From: an uncultured Bacilli bacterium
GTDB lineage: Bacteria > Bacillota_I > Bacilli_A > RF39 > UBA660
Direction of reading: 5' to 3'
DNA: 64,000 nt
Assembly (NCBI GenBank): GCA_944331865.1
Contig: CALVIZ010000002.1
Span: forward strand, 12,227 to 76,226
The notes beneath the pieces were generated by a model. That model was not told where the DNA came from, did not search any database, and saw nothing but the letters and a program-made list of their open reading frames with translations. Positions 10,380-19,724 of the stretch are shown piece by piece (within the stretch, counting starts at the first letter, position 1; each line of letters begins with the position of its first letter). The position numbers and the translations under genes were made by a program.

Positions 10380-10565
10380 TTAGCCTCTATTCTTTTTGTG
10401 AGAATTTTTAATTCCTTCTTTAATTTCATTTCTTCTTTTTACACCAGGTTTTTCATAGTGTTTTCTTTTTTTAATTTCAGAAGGGACTCCACTGCGGGCA
10501 AATTTTGCCTTAAATTTTTTCAATGCTAAATCAACATCACCATTTTTTACTACTACTTTTGTCAT
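10380..10565 (-). CDS. rpsU: 30S ribosomal protein S21
   Basis: MTKVVVKNGDVDLALKKFKAKFARSGV...HYEKPGVKRR matches S21. The start was trimmed to the ATG at 10563-10565, which is preceded by AAGGGAGGG. Confidence 0.92.
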   Translation of the reverse strand: MTKVVVKNGDVDLALKKFKAKFARSGVPSEIKKRKHYEKPGVKRRNEIKEGIKNSHKKNRG

Positions 10566-10599
10566 TTTCAGCCCTCCCTTCCGTTTTTTTCTATAAAAT

Positions 10600-10628
10600 A
10601 TTATAACATCAGTAGTATTGCATTTCAA
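10600..10628 (-). promoter_or_regulatory. Sigma-A promoter of rpsU: TTGAAA-N17-TATAAT
   Basis: The minus strand reads ttgaaatgcaatactactgatgttataat. -35 is at 10623-10628 and -10 at 10600-10605, with a 17-nt spacer. Confidence 0.7.
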
Positions 10629-10650
10629 CCTTTTTTCCGTATTTTATTCG

Positions 10651-10791
10651 TTATTTTATTAATGACCGAAGATTTCTACCAACTGCTTTTCCTATTTCAA
10701 ATATCGTTTCACAAATTCCTGCTAGGGCTGTAATTAATGCTCCTGAAATTCCACCAACTACTGCTGATAATTCTTTATTGCTTAAATACAC
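10651..10791 (-). CDS. Double-glycine-leader bacteriocin precursor peptide 1. Leader (V/M)YLSNKELSAVVGG, core ISGALITALAGICETIFEIGKAVGRNLRSLIK.
   Basis: Hand-translated from the minus strand. RBS AAGGAGG, 5-nt spacer, GTG start with an in-frame stop immediately upstream. The leader matches the LSxxELxxIxGG consensus. It lies directly downstream of a C39-ABC exporter. Not in the ORF track. Confidence 0.55.
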   Translation of the reverse strand: MYLSNKELSAVVGGISGALITALAGICETIFEIGKAVGRNLRSLIK

Positions 10792-10804
10792 TTAGACCTC
10801 CTTT

Positions 10805-10924
10805 CTATTTTCCAAAAAAACCACAAAATACACCGAGAAGAAATACTGCTATGCCACCAATTGCTAACCACGCTCCAGTAGATCCTCCTTCTATTTGCAT
10901 AAGTTCTTTTTTGTTAAGTACCAT
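10805..10924 (-). CDS. Double-glycine-leader bacteriocin precursor peptide 2. Leader MVLNKKELMQIEGG, core STGAWLAIGGIAVFLLGVFCGFFGK.
   Basis: RBS AGGAGG, then ATG at 10922-10924. Canonical GG leader. The core is Gly-rich and hydrophobic with GxxxG motifs, typical of class II bacteriocins. Not in the ORF track. Confidence 0.7.
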   Translation of the reverse strand: MVLNKKELMQIEGGSTGAWLAIGGIAVFLLGVFCGFFGK

Positions 10925-10934
10925 TTTACCTCCT

Positions 10935-11081
10935 TTACATTGGACATAAAGTATTGGTTATTATCTTTTTTAGCTTAGTACCAAATGCTACTCCTAAACC
11001 ATAAATCTTTACACATACATTTAATACAGCATTAAAAAAACCACCTTTTACTTCCTGTAATTCTTTGTTCGTTAATTTCAT
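10935..11081 (-). CDS. Double-glycine-leader bacteriocin precursor peptide 3. Leader MKLTNKELQEVKGG, core FFNAVLNVCVKIYGLGVAFGTKLKKIITNTLCPM.
   Basis: RBS AAGGAGG, then ATG at 11079-11081. Canonical leader. The core is cationic with two Cys. Not in the ORF track. Confidence 0.7.
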   Translation of the reverse strand: MKLTNKELQEVKGGFFNAVLNVCVKIYGLGVAFGTKLKKIITNTLCPM

Positions 11082-11089
11082 AATCCTCC

Positions 11090-11224
11090 TTAATTTTTAT
11101 TACATTTTAAGTTACTTAATCCGTGGATGGTACCACTAACAAATAACATTAATACTACTTTAAAAGCTATTTTTATAATACCACCACCAGATATTTTACT
11201 TAATTTTTCTTTGTTTAATATCAT
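11090..11224 (-). CDS. Double-glycine-leader bacteriocin precursor peptide 4. Leader MILNKEKLSKISGG, core GIIKIAFKVVLMLFVSGTIHGLSNLKCNKN.
   Basis: RBS GGAGG, then ATG at 11222-11224, directly abutting the stop of the upstream 137-aa gene (TAAATG). GG leader. Not in the ORF track. Confidence 0.65.
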   Translation of the reverse strand: MILNKEKLSKISGGGIIKIAFKVVLMLFVSGTIHGLSNLKCNKN

Positions 11225-11638
11225 TTAACCTCCAGATATTATCTTTTTTATTTTGGTTGCCACTTTTTCTTTATCATAGTATATAGTTGTTTCTATTATA
11301 CTATTTTCCTTAAAATCATTTTTTAAATTTAATATTACTTCTTGATAATTTATATTATTACTTAAAAGTATCTCACTTATATTTTCTATTTCATAATTAT
11401 ATTTTTTATCTTCAATTACTAAATACTCTCCCTTTATTATAACTTCTGAATTTTCTATAGGTATATTTAATACTAATTTGCTATTTTTAATAAAACCCTT
11501 GGTATTATAAGCACTATATATTTTAATATTTAATATATATATAGTTATAATTATTACAATCGCTGTTATAATAATAAAAATGTGATATAAATGATATTTG
11601 ATATTTATTAATTCATTATAACTCATCTTATGCTCCAA
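11225..11638 (-). CDS. Single-pass membrane accessory protein of the bacteriocin locus. Possibly HlyD-like or an immunity protein; function unassigned.
   Basis: 137 aa. N-terminal TM helix (IFIIITAIVIIITIYIL) followed by an extracytoplasmic domain. Overlaps the ABC exporter stop and abuts peptide 4. Confidence 0.45.
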   Translation of the reverse strand: MEHKMSYNELINIKYHLYHIFIIITAIVIIITIYILNIKIYSAYNTKGFIKNSKLVLNIPIENSEVIIKGEYLVIEDKKYNYEIENISEILLSNNINYQEVILNLKNDFKENSIIETTIYYDKEKVATKIKKIISGG

Positions 11639-13682
11639 TAGATATTATCTTATCAAATAAATTATCATGATTTTTATGAGTAACACATATTATAGTCTTG
11701 TTTTTAAAGTAGTTTTTTATGTTTTTCATTATTTTTTCCTCCAAACTGTAGTCTACTTCACTTAATGCTTCATCTAATATGAGAATTTGAAAATTGTTAA
11801 GTAAGGCTCGTGCTAAAATAATTCTTTGCTTTTCACCCCCTGAAATGTTTGTGCCTTCATTACTTATGCCCGTGTCATATCGCATAGGTTTATTTTCTAT
11901 TATTTTATCAACTGCACAAATTTTACAAACATCAAAAAATTTTTTTTCGGTTACAAAACGATCCAATATTATATTGTTTTTTATAGTATCCGTAATTATA
12001 TTTTCATTTTGATTTATATATAAAACATTTTTTCTTATCGTTTTTATACTTAAATCTTTTATGTTAATATCCCCAATTAATATGTTACCTTGATAATCAG
12101 TAATATACTTATCTAATATTTTACATAATGTCGATTTGCCACAACCACTATGTCCTTTAAATAATACTAATTCCCCCCTTTCTATTTCTAAATTAAAATT
12201 GTTAAAAATATTATCTATGTGATTATAGGAATAAGTTAAATTACTGATTTTTATGTTATTATTCTTTAAATAACTACTTTTCCCCATCCTTTCTTGTTCA
12301 TTACTTAAAAAATCATTTATCTTGTTGTATGTTGCCTTTAAGAAATTATATTTGGGAATATTATCTATACAATTTTTTATCGGATTTAAAAAGAAACCTA
12401 ATAATGTGTTAAATGTTATCAATGCTGTTATCTCTAATTTGTTATTATATATTAAATAAAACCCCCATGTATTTATAATAAAAAATCCTATTTCACTAAT
12501 CCAATTCTTGATAGTCTTCTCTTTATTTAAAAAACTACTTACTAAATAATTATCATATAAAAAATTAGTTAAATTTTCTTCTATTTTCTTTAATCTAGAA
12601 TCTGTTATATTTAAGTTTTTAATACTATTTATCATATTTATGTTTTCTAATAATGTATTATTAAATTCTGACTCTAATTCAATATTTTGATATGCCTTTT
12701 TAAAAATTAATTTACTTGTTATCAATCCTACTATTAAATATAAAATTAAACATAGAAAAAGGGCTAAAAAAAGATTTTTACTTATATTTAACAATAAAGG
12801 CACCGAGGCAAACATCAATAAAAAATCTAAAATACATGATATAAATATATCTGTAAATAAATTTTTAATATTGGCAAGTTCATTTACTCTTGTTATTATC
12901 TCACCACTTGTTCTACTTGATATTACCTCTAAAGGGAGATTAAAAATATGTTTTATAAATGATGCATTTAATAAGCAATCTATGTTTTTATTTAGATGAT
13001 TTTCTAAATTGTTTCTTAAATATGTAAATATTAATTTTGATATCGTTATCATTCCAAATATGATAACAAATATCTTTATATATAATATGTAATAATTACT
13101 TGTAATACTATTTATCATTATCTGAAAATAATAACTACTAGTTATTGTAAAAATCATCATAAATATGCTCATTATTATTATGGTTACAAATAACTTTTTT
13201 TCTTTAAATAATATATCTAAAAATATATTAAATAAATTATTTTCTTTTTTGAATGTTATAATTTTACTTTTAGGATAAAATATTAATAATACTTTGCTCC
13301 ATTCTTGATAAAATTCTTGTTTAGTTTTTACAACTTTACCTTTAGCTGGATCCATTAATATTACTTTATTTTTGGTAATTTTGTAAATAACTACATAATG
13401 TTGCATACCATTTTTTAAATTAATATGAGCTATCGCTGGTAGTCTAATTTTAGAATCTTCTAAAGAATTAACTTTAATTCCTATGCTATCAAATCCATAC
13501 TTTTTACTAGCTTCAATAATATTTAAAGCACTTGTTCCTTCATTTGATGCTTTAACATCTAACCTGATTTTCTCTAAAGATACATAACCATTGTAATACT
13601 CAATTATCGATGCTAATGAACATACTCCACAGTCTTTAAAGTCTCTTTGTCTAATTATTTTCATATCCTTTTCCCCCTTCAC
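11628..13682 (-). CDS. Bacteriocin/peptide-processing ABC transporter with an N-terminal C39 peptidase domain
   Basis: The N-terminus carries a catalytic Cys in QRDFKDCGVCSLASI and a His in GMQHYVVIY. Six TM segments. The C-terminal ABC ATPase has Walker A GHSGCGKST, signature ISGGEKQR and Walker B ILILDEA. Confidence 0.88.
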   Translation of the reverse strand: MKGEKDMKIIRQRDFKDCGVCSLASIIEYYNGYVSLEKIRLDVKASNEGTSALNIIEASKKYGFDSIGIKVNSLEDSKIRLPAIAHINLKNGMQHYVVIYKITKNKVILMDPAKGKVVKTKQEFYQEWSKVLLIFYPKSKIITFKKENNLFNIFLDILFKEKKLFVTIIIMSIFMMIFTITSSYYFQIMINSITSNYYILYIKIFVIIFGMITISKLIFTYLRNNLENHLNKNIDCLLNASFIKHIFNLPLEVISSRTSGEIITRVNELANIKNLFTDIFISCILDFLLMFASVPLLLNISKNLFLALFLCLILYLIVGLITSKLIFKKAYQNIELESEFNNTLLENINMINSIKNLNITDSRLKKIEENLTNFLYDNYLVSSFLNKEKTIKNWISEIGFFIINTWGFYLIYNNKLEITALITFNTLLGFFLNPIKNCIDNIPKYNFLKATYNKINDFLSNEQERMGKSSYLKNNNIKISNLTYSYNHIDNIFNNFNLEIERGELVLFKGHSGCGKSTLCKILDKYITDYQGNILIGDINIKDLSIKTIRKNVLYINQNENIITDTIKNNIILDRFVTEKKFFDVCKICAVDKIIENKPMRYDTGISNEGTNISGGEKQRIILARALLNNFQILILDEALSEVDYSLEEKIMKNIKNYFKNKTIICVTHKNHDNLFDKIISIGA

Positions 13683-13743
13683 TATATATCTTAAAACAAT
13701 TAATTAATATATCTTTTTTATTTTTTAATTTTTTTCACAAAAA

Positions 13744-13770
13744 AAATTGTGTAAATACACAACTTTTAAA
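13744..13770 (-). terminator. Putative terminator after the 234-aa gene
   Basis: Hairpin TTGTGTA-aa-TACACAA followed by a T-run on the minus strand. Confidence 0.4.
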
Positions 13771-13787
13771 AACATTGATTACTATTA

Positions 13788-14492
13788 TTAATTATTTCTT
13801 GGCTTTCTAACTTTTTGTAATATTAATGAGCCAGTTTCTGCTCTTTTTATAACTTCTTCTTTTGTTCCTGATAATAATCCAGTAGATATGCTTTCTTCAA
13901 TATCACTAATATTTATACTTTTTAAATAATCTATATCAAATAATTCTAATAAGTCAGAAATGTCTTTAGATATAAGAGAATCATATTTACCTAGGCGTAA
14001 TAATTGTAATAAAAATAAACTTGGTGGTAAATTAAGCATACTACTTATTTGCCAGAAGCCCTGATTAGATTGAAATTCAACTTTTGCTTGTTCTAATAAA
14101 AGTAACCTATAAATATCATGATCTAAGCCATCTTCTTTAGAATATGCAAAAACTCTTTTTGGCTCTAATGCATCATAATATCCTGCTGCAAAGCTTTCTA
14201 AAAAATCCTTTTTTCTTTGACTTTCAATGTCTGAATCTTGAATAGGATATATTTGAGAATAATATCCAGTTTCTAAAACTGTACTATCATCGTAGTTTAA
14301 AGAATAATATTCCATATCTGTTTTTCTATTAAATTCTTCAAGAGTTCTTACATTATTTGTTTTTAAGCCATAAAATAAATTACTATTTTTATGGCTTTGT
14401 AAAACATCTTTTTTATATTTTGCTACCTTATTCTCTTTTTCACCAAATCTATATATATCTATTACTCCATCTTTTTTATCATATATAAGCAT
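13788..14492 (-). CDS. Hypothetical protein (234 aa)
   Basis: Long ORF with no recognisable motifs. Lies between the bacteriocin exporter and the tRNA. Confidence 0.5.
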   Translation of the reverse strand: MLIYDKKDGVIDIYRFGEKENKVAKYKKDVLQSHKNSNLFYGLKTNNVRTLEEFNRKTDMEYYSLNYDDSTVLETGYYSQIYPIQDSDIESQRKKDFLESFAAGYYDALEPKRVFAYSKEDGLDHDIYRLLLLEQAKVEFQSNQGFWQISSMLNLPPSLFLLQLLRLGKYDSLISKDISDLLELFDIDYLKSINISDIEESISTGLLSGTKEEVIKRAETGSLILQKVRKPRNN

Positions 14493-14563
14493 TTTAAACC
14501 TCCCTGATTAAATTATTTATATTAAGATATTTTGTCATATTTTATAATAAAAAAACTTATATT

Positions 14564-15460
14564 TTAATTTTTACTTATATTTCCATCTAAAGTCCTTACC
14601 AATTGTTGAACATCATCATTTCCAATTCGAGTAGTCGTGATTATAAATTCATGAGAATCCCACATATAATATATACCTGGTGCTTCATAACTTTCTTTAA
14701 ACGTTGATGTTTTTAAATCTATATATAATGAGTAGCCATTACTTCTACTACTAATTTCTAAATTTTTATCCTGTTGATATAAAACTGCAATTCTTTTTGA
14801 AATCACTCTATAAAAATCTAATAATTCGTTTTTTATTGATTTAAGTCCAATAATTTCAGCTAAATCAATATTAAATAAATATTTTTCAATATCTTTGCAT
14901 TGCATTGGCCATTGATTAAAATTAATTAGATCGCTTACATATTTATTCCATATAACATTAACAATTTTTGCAGCAATGTGTTTTCCAACTATTAAAGCAT
15001 TTTCATCAACTTCAATAGTTTCATCTATTTTTCTTTTTGGTTGTCCTGATAAAAATTCACCTATTAACTTTCTTATTTCTGCAGTTTTTCCTTTCCCTAA
15101 TTTTCCATCAGACATATAATATGTATTTAAACAACCCAAATCATAATCACTAAATCTATAATTAGCTTTTATAATATAGTCATCATCATCTTTACTATAC
15201 ATCATTTCCATATGTGGTAAAAACATTTCTTTTGGATTCCATCTATGCCAATCATGTTCAGCTTTTCTTTCAAAAAATCTTTGAAATAATTGTTCACTTT
15301 CATACAATATATCTTGAACTGGCATTTTACTTTCAAAAAAATGCAAAAATTCTATAAATTCTGATGCTAAAAATTGTGGTTCATATCCATTTTTAACTTT
15401 AAATATCATATACTCTACTATTAAATCATCTACTGTTAAATTATGTTCCGAATTAATCAT
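14564..15460 (-). CDS. Hypothetical protein (298 aa)
   Basis: Long ORF with no recognisable motifs. Confidence 0.5.
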   Translation of the reverse strand: MINSEHNLTVDDLIVEYMIFKVKNGYEPQFLASEFIEFLHFFESKMPVQDILYESEQLFQRFFERKAEHDWHRWNPKEMFLPHMEMMYSKDDDDYIIKANYRFSDYDLGCLNTYYMSDGKLGKGKTAEIRKLIGEFLSGQPKRKIDETIEVDENALIVGKHIAAKIVNVIWNKYVSDLINFNQWPMQCKDIEKYLFNIDLAEIIGLKSIKNELLDFYRVISKRIAVLYQQDKNLEISSRSNGYSLYIDLKTSTFKESYEAPGIYYMWDSHEFIITTTRIGNDDVQQLVRTLDGNISKN

Positions 15461-15540
15461 TTTGTCACTTCTCCTTTTTAAGGTATATTATAATACATTT
15501 TCTTAAAAATTGAAACACTTTATATTTTGTTTAAATTAAA

Positions 15541-15566
15541 ACTCAAATTTTATTAAAAATTTGAGT
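15541..15566 (-). terminator. Terminator hairpin downstream of tRNA-Arg
   Basis: actcaaatttt-attaaaa-atttgagt: 9-bp stem. Confidence 0.5.
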
Positions 15567-15577
15567 AGTTATTAATA

Positions 15578-15654
15578 TGGTGTCCCTGACAAGAATTGAA
15601 CTTGTGACCCCTACCTTCGGAGGGTAGTACTCTATCCAACTGAGCTACAGGGAC
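15578..15654 (-). tRNA. tRNA-Arg (anticodon CCG)
   Basis: The minus strand reads GTCCCTGTAGCTCAGTTGGATAGAGTACTACCCTCCGAAGGTAGGGGTCACAAGTTCAATTCTTGTCAGGGACACCA. 7-bp acceptor stem GTCCCTG/CAGGGAC, anticodon loop CTCCGAA, T-loop GTTCAATTC, encoded CCA. A terminator hairpin lies downstream at 15541-15566. Confidence 0.85.
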
Positions 15655-15671
15655 ACACATAAATTTTAACA

Positions 15672-18600
15672 TTATTTCTTTGAAATAGCAATTTTTATTA
15701 CTTCTTCGTTTATACTAAATTCTTCACCATTTTGAACATTTTTTTCTATTTCTGTTGCTAATGTTTCCTTTTTAATATAATCTTCAAAGGCATTTATTGC
15801 TTTCTTTATTTTATCGCTTGCTTCGTAATTAATTATTATTCTATCAGTTAATTCTAAACCAGCATTTTTACGCATTAATTGTACTTTTGATACTATTTCT
15901 CTGGCTATACCTTCATTTATTAATTCTTCATCTAAATTTGTGTTTAGTATGACGTAATCATTGTTTTCCATACCGATGTTAAATCCTGTTTTGGCATCTA
16001 TTCTAATATCTACCATAGTAGATGTAACTTCTAAATCTTCATTGTCTATTTTCATAGTTATTATTTCATTTTTACGTAATTTGTTAATATCTTCAAGTGA
16101 TAATTCTAATAATTTTTCTTGAAATTCTTTTAAATTTTTTCCTAATGCCTTACCTACTTCTTTAAAATTTGGTAAAACTCTAAAATTCATATATGTTGAT
16201 GTATCATCAATAAATGTTACTTTTTTAACATTTAATTCTTCTTTGATTAAATCTGTAAGTCCACCAATTAATAATTCATTTTTTCCATCTAAGAATATTT
16301 CGCTTAATGGTTGACGAACTCTAATTTTGTTTTCTTCACGAACAAATCTTCCAACACTAATTAGATTTCTTACTTTATCCATTTTTTCTTCTAATAATTC
16401 ATCAATTAGTGTTTCATCATATTTAGGAAAATCTGCAGTATGAACTGAATATTCATTTGTTAAATTTGTATATATTTCTTCTGATAAAAATGGTACGACT
16501 GGAGCCATCATTTTAGATATTCCTACTAATACTTCATAAGTTGTTCTGTAAACTGATTTTTTAGAATCATCAAGTTTTGATCCCCAGAAACGATCTCTAT
16601 TTCTTCTAATGTACCAATTTGATAAATCTTCTGATACAAAATCAGTTAAAGATCTTACTACTTTGTTTAAATCATATTCATCATAAGATTCTGTAACATA
16701 TTTAAGTAATTTGTTATATTTGCTTATTAACCAACGATCTATTTCATCTCTAGAATTAACAGGTATATCACATTTATTAATCTCAATATCATCAATGTTT
16801 GCATACATCGAAAAGAAATTATAAGTGTTTCTAAGAGGATTAAAGAACTTAGAATGCACTTCTTTTAAACCGTTGATATCAAATTTTAGTGGTACCCATA
16901 CCGGAGATACATATGGTAAATAAAATCTTACTGTATCTGCTCCATATTCTTTCATCGTTGTAAATGGCTCTACTATATTTCCCCGAGATTTACTCATTTT
17001 TTTGCCTTCAGCATCAAGTAATAAATCATTTACTAATACATTCTTAAATGGTGATACACCTTTAACAAATGTTGATATTACAATTAATGAATAAAACCAG
17101 CCTCTTGTTTGATCAATTCCTTCGCATATATAATCAGCTGGAAATTGAGTTTCAAATAAATCATTATTTTCAAAAGGATAATGATATTGGGCAAATGGCA
17201 TTGCCCCAGAATCAAACCAACAGTCAATTACATCTTTACATCTAGTCATAGCACTACCACATTCTGGACATTTTAAATGTACTTCATCAACATATGGACG
17301 ATGTAATTCTATACTTTCATCTATATTTTCAATAGCTTTTTCAACTAATTCTTTTCTTGACCCTATCATTTCACTATGGCCACAAGAACAAATCCAATAT
17401 GGAAGTGGTGTTCCCCAATAACGACTTCTTGATATTGCCCAGTCCTTTAAATTTTCTAGCCAGTTACCAAATCTTTTTTCACCAACATATTCCGGATACC
17501 AATTTACTGTTTTGTTGTTGGCTACTATTTTGTCTTTTATTTTAGTAATTTCTAAATAATAACTTGGTTTTGAATAATAAATTAATGGTGAATGACATCT
17601 CCAACAATGTGGATAGTTGTGAGTTATTCTTTGTTTTTTAAATAATTTGTCGTTTTCTTTTAAATATTTAATTATTTCATCACTAGCATCAAATACTAAT
17701 TGACCACGCCATGGACCTTCCATAAATTTACCATCTTCTCCAACTGGATTATAATATGGCAAATTATAATTACGACATACTCGAGCATCATCTTCTCCAA
17801 ATGCTCCAGCCATGTGAACTATTCCAGTTCCATCTTCATCTGTTACATAAGGATCTACTGTTACAAAAAATGCCTTTTTATTTAGTTTAGGTCCATCAAG
17901 TAATCTTTCATATTCCCAATATTCCATTTCACTACCTTTAAAAGTTTCAAGAACTTTAACTCCATCTCCTAAAACTTTTTTAATTAAACTGCTCGCTAAA
18001 ATGAATTTGTACCCTTTGCTTTCTACTAAAGAATATTCATAGTCAGGATTTACACATAATCCTACGTTGGCAAATAGCGTCCATGGTGTTGTTGTCCATA
18101 CTAAAAAGTATACATCTTCATCTTTTTTCTTCATAGGTACTATTACAGTATCTACTGGATCTTCTTGATATCCTAATGCAACTTCATGGCTAGCAAGACC
18201 TGTTCCACATCTTGGACAATATGGTAATATCTTTGTTCCTTCATAAAATAATCCTTCTTCAAAAAATTTCTTTAATATCCACCATTCTGTTTCAATATAA
18301 TCATTTTTGTAGGTTACATAAGGATTTTTTATATCTATTAATTGACCCATTTTGTTCGTTAAATCGGTAAATGTCTTTTCATTACGCATTACTGATTCGC
18401 GACATTTTTCATTAAATTCTTTAATACCATATCTTTCAATGTCTTTTTTATCTGTAAATCCAAGTTCTTTTTCAACTTGTAATTCTACTGGTAAACCATG
18501 AGTATCCCAACCAACTTTACGAATAACTTTGTATCCTTGCATTGATTTGTATTTACATATAGTATCTTTTAAAAATTTGGCTACTAAATGATGTAAGCCT

Positions 18601-18764
18601 GGATGCCCATTAGCTGTTGCTGGCCCATCGTAAAAGACAAAATATGGTGCATCTTTTCTTTCATCAATACATCTTTGTAACAAATCTTCTTTTAACCATT
18701 TGTCAAGTATCTTGCCTTCAACTTGATCAACTGGTTCTTTACTTAAACTTTTAAATCTTTCCAT
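15672..18764 (-). CDS. ileS: Isoleucyl-tRNA synthetase. The 1030-aa length suggests the type 2 / eukaryote-like form.
   Basis: KMSKS motif (KMSKSRGN), Zn-finger Cys clusters, class I aaRS editing and anticodon-binding regions. 1030 aa. Confidence 0.92.
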   Translation of the reverse strand: MERFKSLSKEPVDQVEGKILDKWLKEDLLQRCIDERKDAPYFVFYDGPATANGHPGLHHLVAKFLKDTICKYKSMQGYKVIRKVGWDTHGLPVELQVEKELGFTDKKDIERYGIKEFNEKCRESVMRNEKTFTDLTNKMGQLIDIKNPYVTYKNDYIETEWWILKKFFEEGLFYEGTKILPYCPRCGTGLASHEVALGYQEDPVDTVIVPMKKKDEDVYFLVWTTTPWTLFANVGLCVNPDYEYSLVESKGYKFILASSLIKKVLGDGVKVLETFKGSEMEYWEYERLLDGPKLNKKAFFVTVDPYVTDEDGTGIVHMAGAFGEDDARVCRNYNLPYYNPVGEDGKFMEGPWRGQLVFDASDEIIKYLKENDKLFKKQRITHNYPHCWRCHSPLIYYSKPSYYLEITKIKDKIVANNKTVNWYPEYVGEKRFGNWLENLKDWAISRSRYWGTPLPYWICSCGHSEMIGSRKELVEKAIENIDESIELHRPYVDEVHLKCPECGSAMTRCKDVIDCWFDSGAMPFAQYHYPFENNDLFETQFPADYICEGIDQTRGWFYSLIVISTFVKGVSPFKNVLVNDLLLDAEGKKMSKSRGNIVEPFTTMKEYGADTVRFYLPYVSPVWVPLKFDINGLKEVHSKFFNPLRNTYNFFSMYANIDDIEINKCDIPVNSRDEIDRWLISKYNKLLKYVTESYDEYDLNKVVRSLTDFVSEDLSNWYIRRNRDRFWGSKLDDSKKSVYRTTYEVLVGISKMMAPVVPFLSEEIYTNLTNEYSVHTADFPKYDETLIDELLEEKMDKVRNLISVGRFVREENKIRVRQPLSEIFLDGKNELLIGGLTDLIKEELNVKKVTFIDDTSTYMNFRVLPNFKEVGKALGKNLKEFQEKLLELSLEDINKLRKNEIITMKIDNEDLEVTSTMVDIRIDAKTGFNIGMENNDYVILNTNLDEELINEGIAREIVSKVQLMRKNAGLELTDRIIINYEASDKIKKAINAFEDYIKKETLATEIEKNVQNGEEFSINEEVIKIAISKK

Positions 18765-18767
18765 AAT

Positions 18768-18995
18768 TCCTCCTTATAAAAAAAGAATGATACCAAAAGG
18801 AGTGCATATAGCACGGTACCATCCTTAAATTATCTTAATTATCTTAACGCGATTAACGAAATAACTTACTATAATTTCAGTTATTTAACTCCCGAGTGAT
18901 TTATATTTGTTTAATTATATTCTACTTTCACCTAACTAGAACTCTCTAAATAATATTCCAAATATACATGTCTCGTTCTTCGTTTTTTTCAAAAA
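18768..18995 (-). promoter_or_regulatory. T-box riboswitch leader of ileS, with a sigma-A promoter at 18996-19024 (TTGACT-N17-TATAAT)
   Basis: The minus-strand leader contains an AGAGA stem-I motif (tagagagttctag) and a T-box sequence AATTTAAGGATGGTACCGTG close to the consensus AAUUAGGGUGGUACCGCG. This is followed by hairpin and T-run terminator elements just upstream of the RBS AAGGAGGA. Confidence 0.65.
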
Positions 18996-19053
18996 CTGCT
19001 TTAATTATAATATTTTATTTTTTATTAGTCAACATATTTTTATTTAAACTAAA

Positions 19054-19698
19054 TTAATCGGTACAATATCCATCACATAATACATAATTAAATGTATTTA
19101 TTACTAAACCTTCAATTACATCATAACCTATAATAGTATAATCATATTCACTATTATAATAATATGTTCCATCTTCTGTTTCTATCTTACTAAATTTGTC
19201 ACTATTTAAAATATTTTCAATTTCTTTTTTTAATTGATTGGAATTTTTAGGACTATTAAACTTAATTAATTCATGCCAATATGTTCCTATATATACAGAA
19301 TGTGATGGAATATATAATACTTTTAAATCTTCTAATACTTCATAATTATAACTTTCCGTTTTTTCTGGATATATATTTTTGGCTTCATAGATATTAACTA
19401 ATATGTTTTTGGTTATACTTAATACTATTACTAGTATGATGCTTATACAAAATATTATTATTAATTTATTTTGATTAGCTTTTTCTAAATATTTTTTATC
19501 TATTTTTTTCTTCTTTTTCTTTTTATGGCCTTTATAACTAATTAATATTATTACTATAGTTTCAAAAAATATTATCATTATAAATAACCAAAATTCTAAA
19601 CTCCTTAAATCAATTGGATAATTCATAATTGCTGCAGTTATTACTATTAATAATATAATTATCCCTATTTCCATAATAGGTACTTTCTTTTTTTTCAT
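19054..19698 (-). CDS. Hypothetical membrane protein (214 aa, ~3 TM, poly-Lys loop)
   Basis: ORF with hydrophobic helices. No family motif. Confidence 0.45.
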   Translation of the reverse strand: MKKKKVPIMEIGIIILLIVITAAIMNYPIDLRSLEFWLFIMIIFFETIVIILISYKGHKKKKKKKIDKKYLEKANQNKLIIIFCISIILVIVLSITKNILVNIYEAKNIYPEKTESYNYEVLEDLKVLYIPSHSVYIGTYWHELIKFNSPKNSNQLKKEIENILNSDKFSKIETEDGTYYYNSEYDYTIIGYDVIEGLVINTFNYVLCDGYCTD

Positions 19699-19724
19699 AT
19701 ACCCTCCCTAATAAATTTATTCTA

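Noticed and set aside
10737-10949. 70-aa plus-strand ORF in the rpsU-upstream region
   Set aside because: Antisense to the four GG-leader peptide genes, which have RBSs, canonical leaders and an adjacent C39 exporter.
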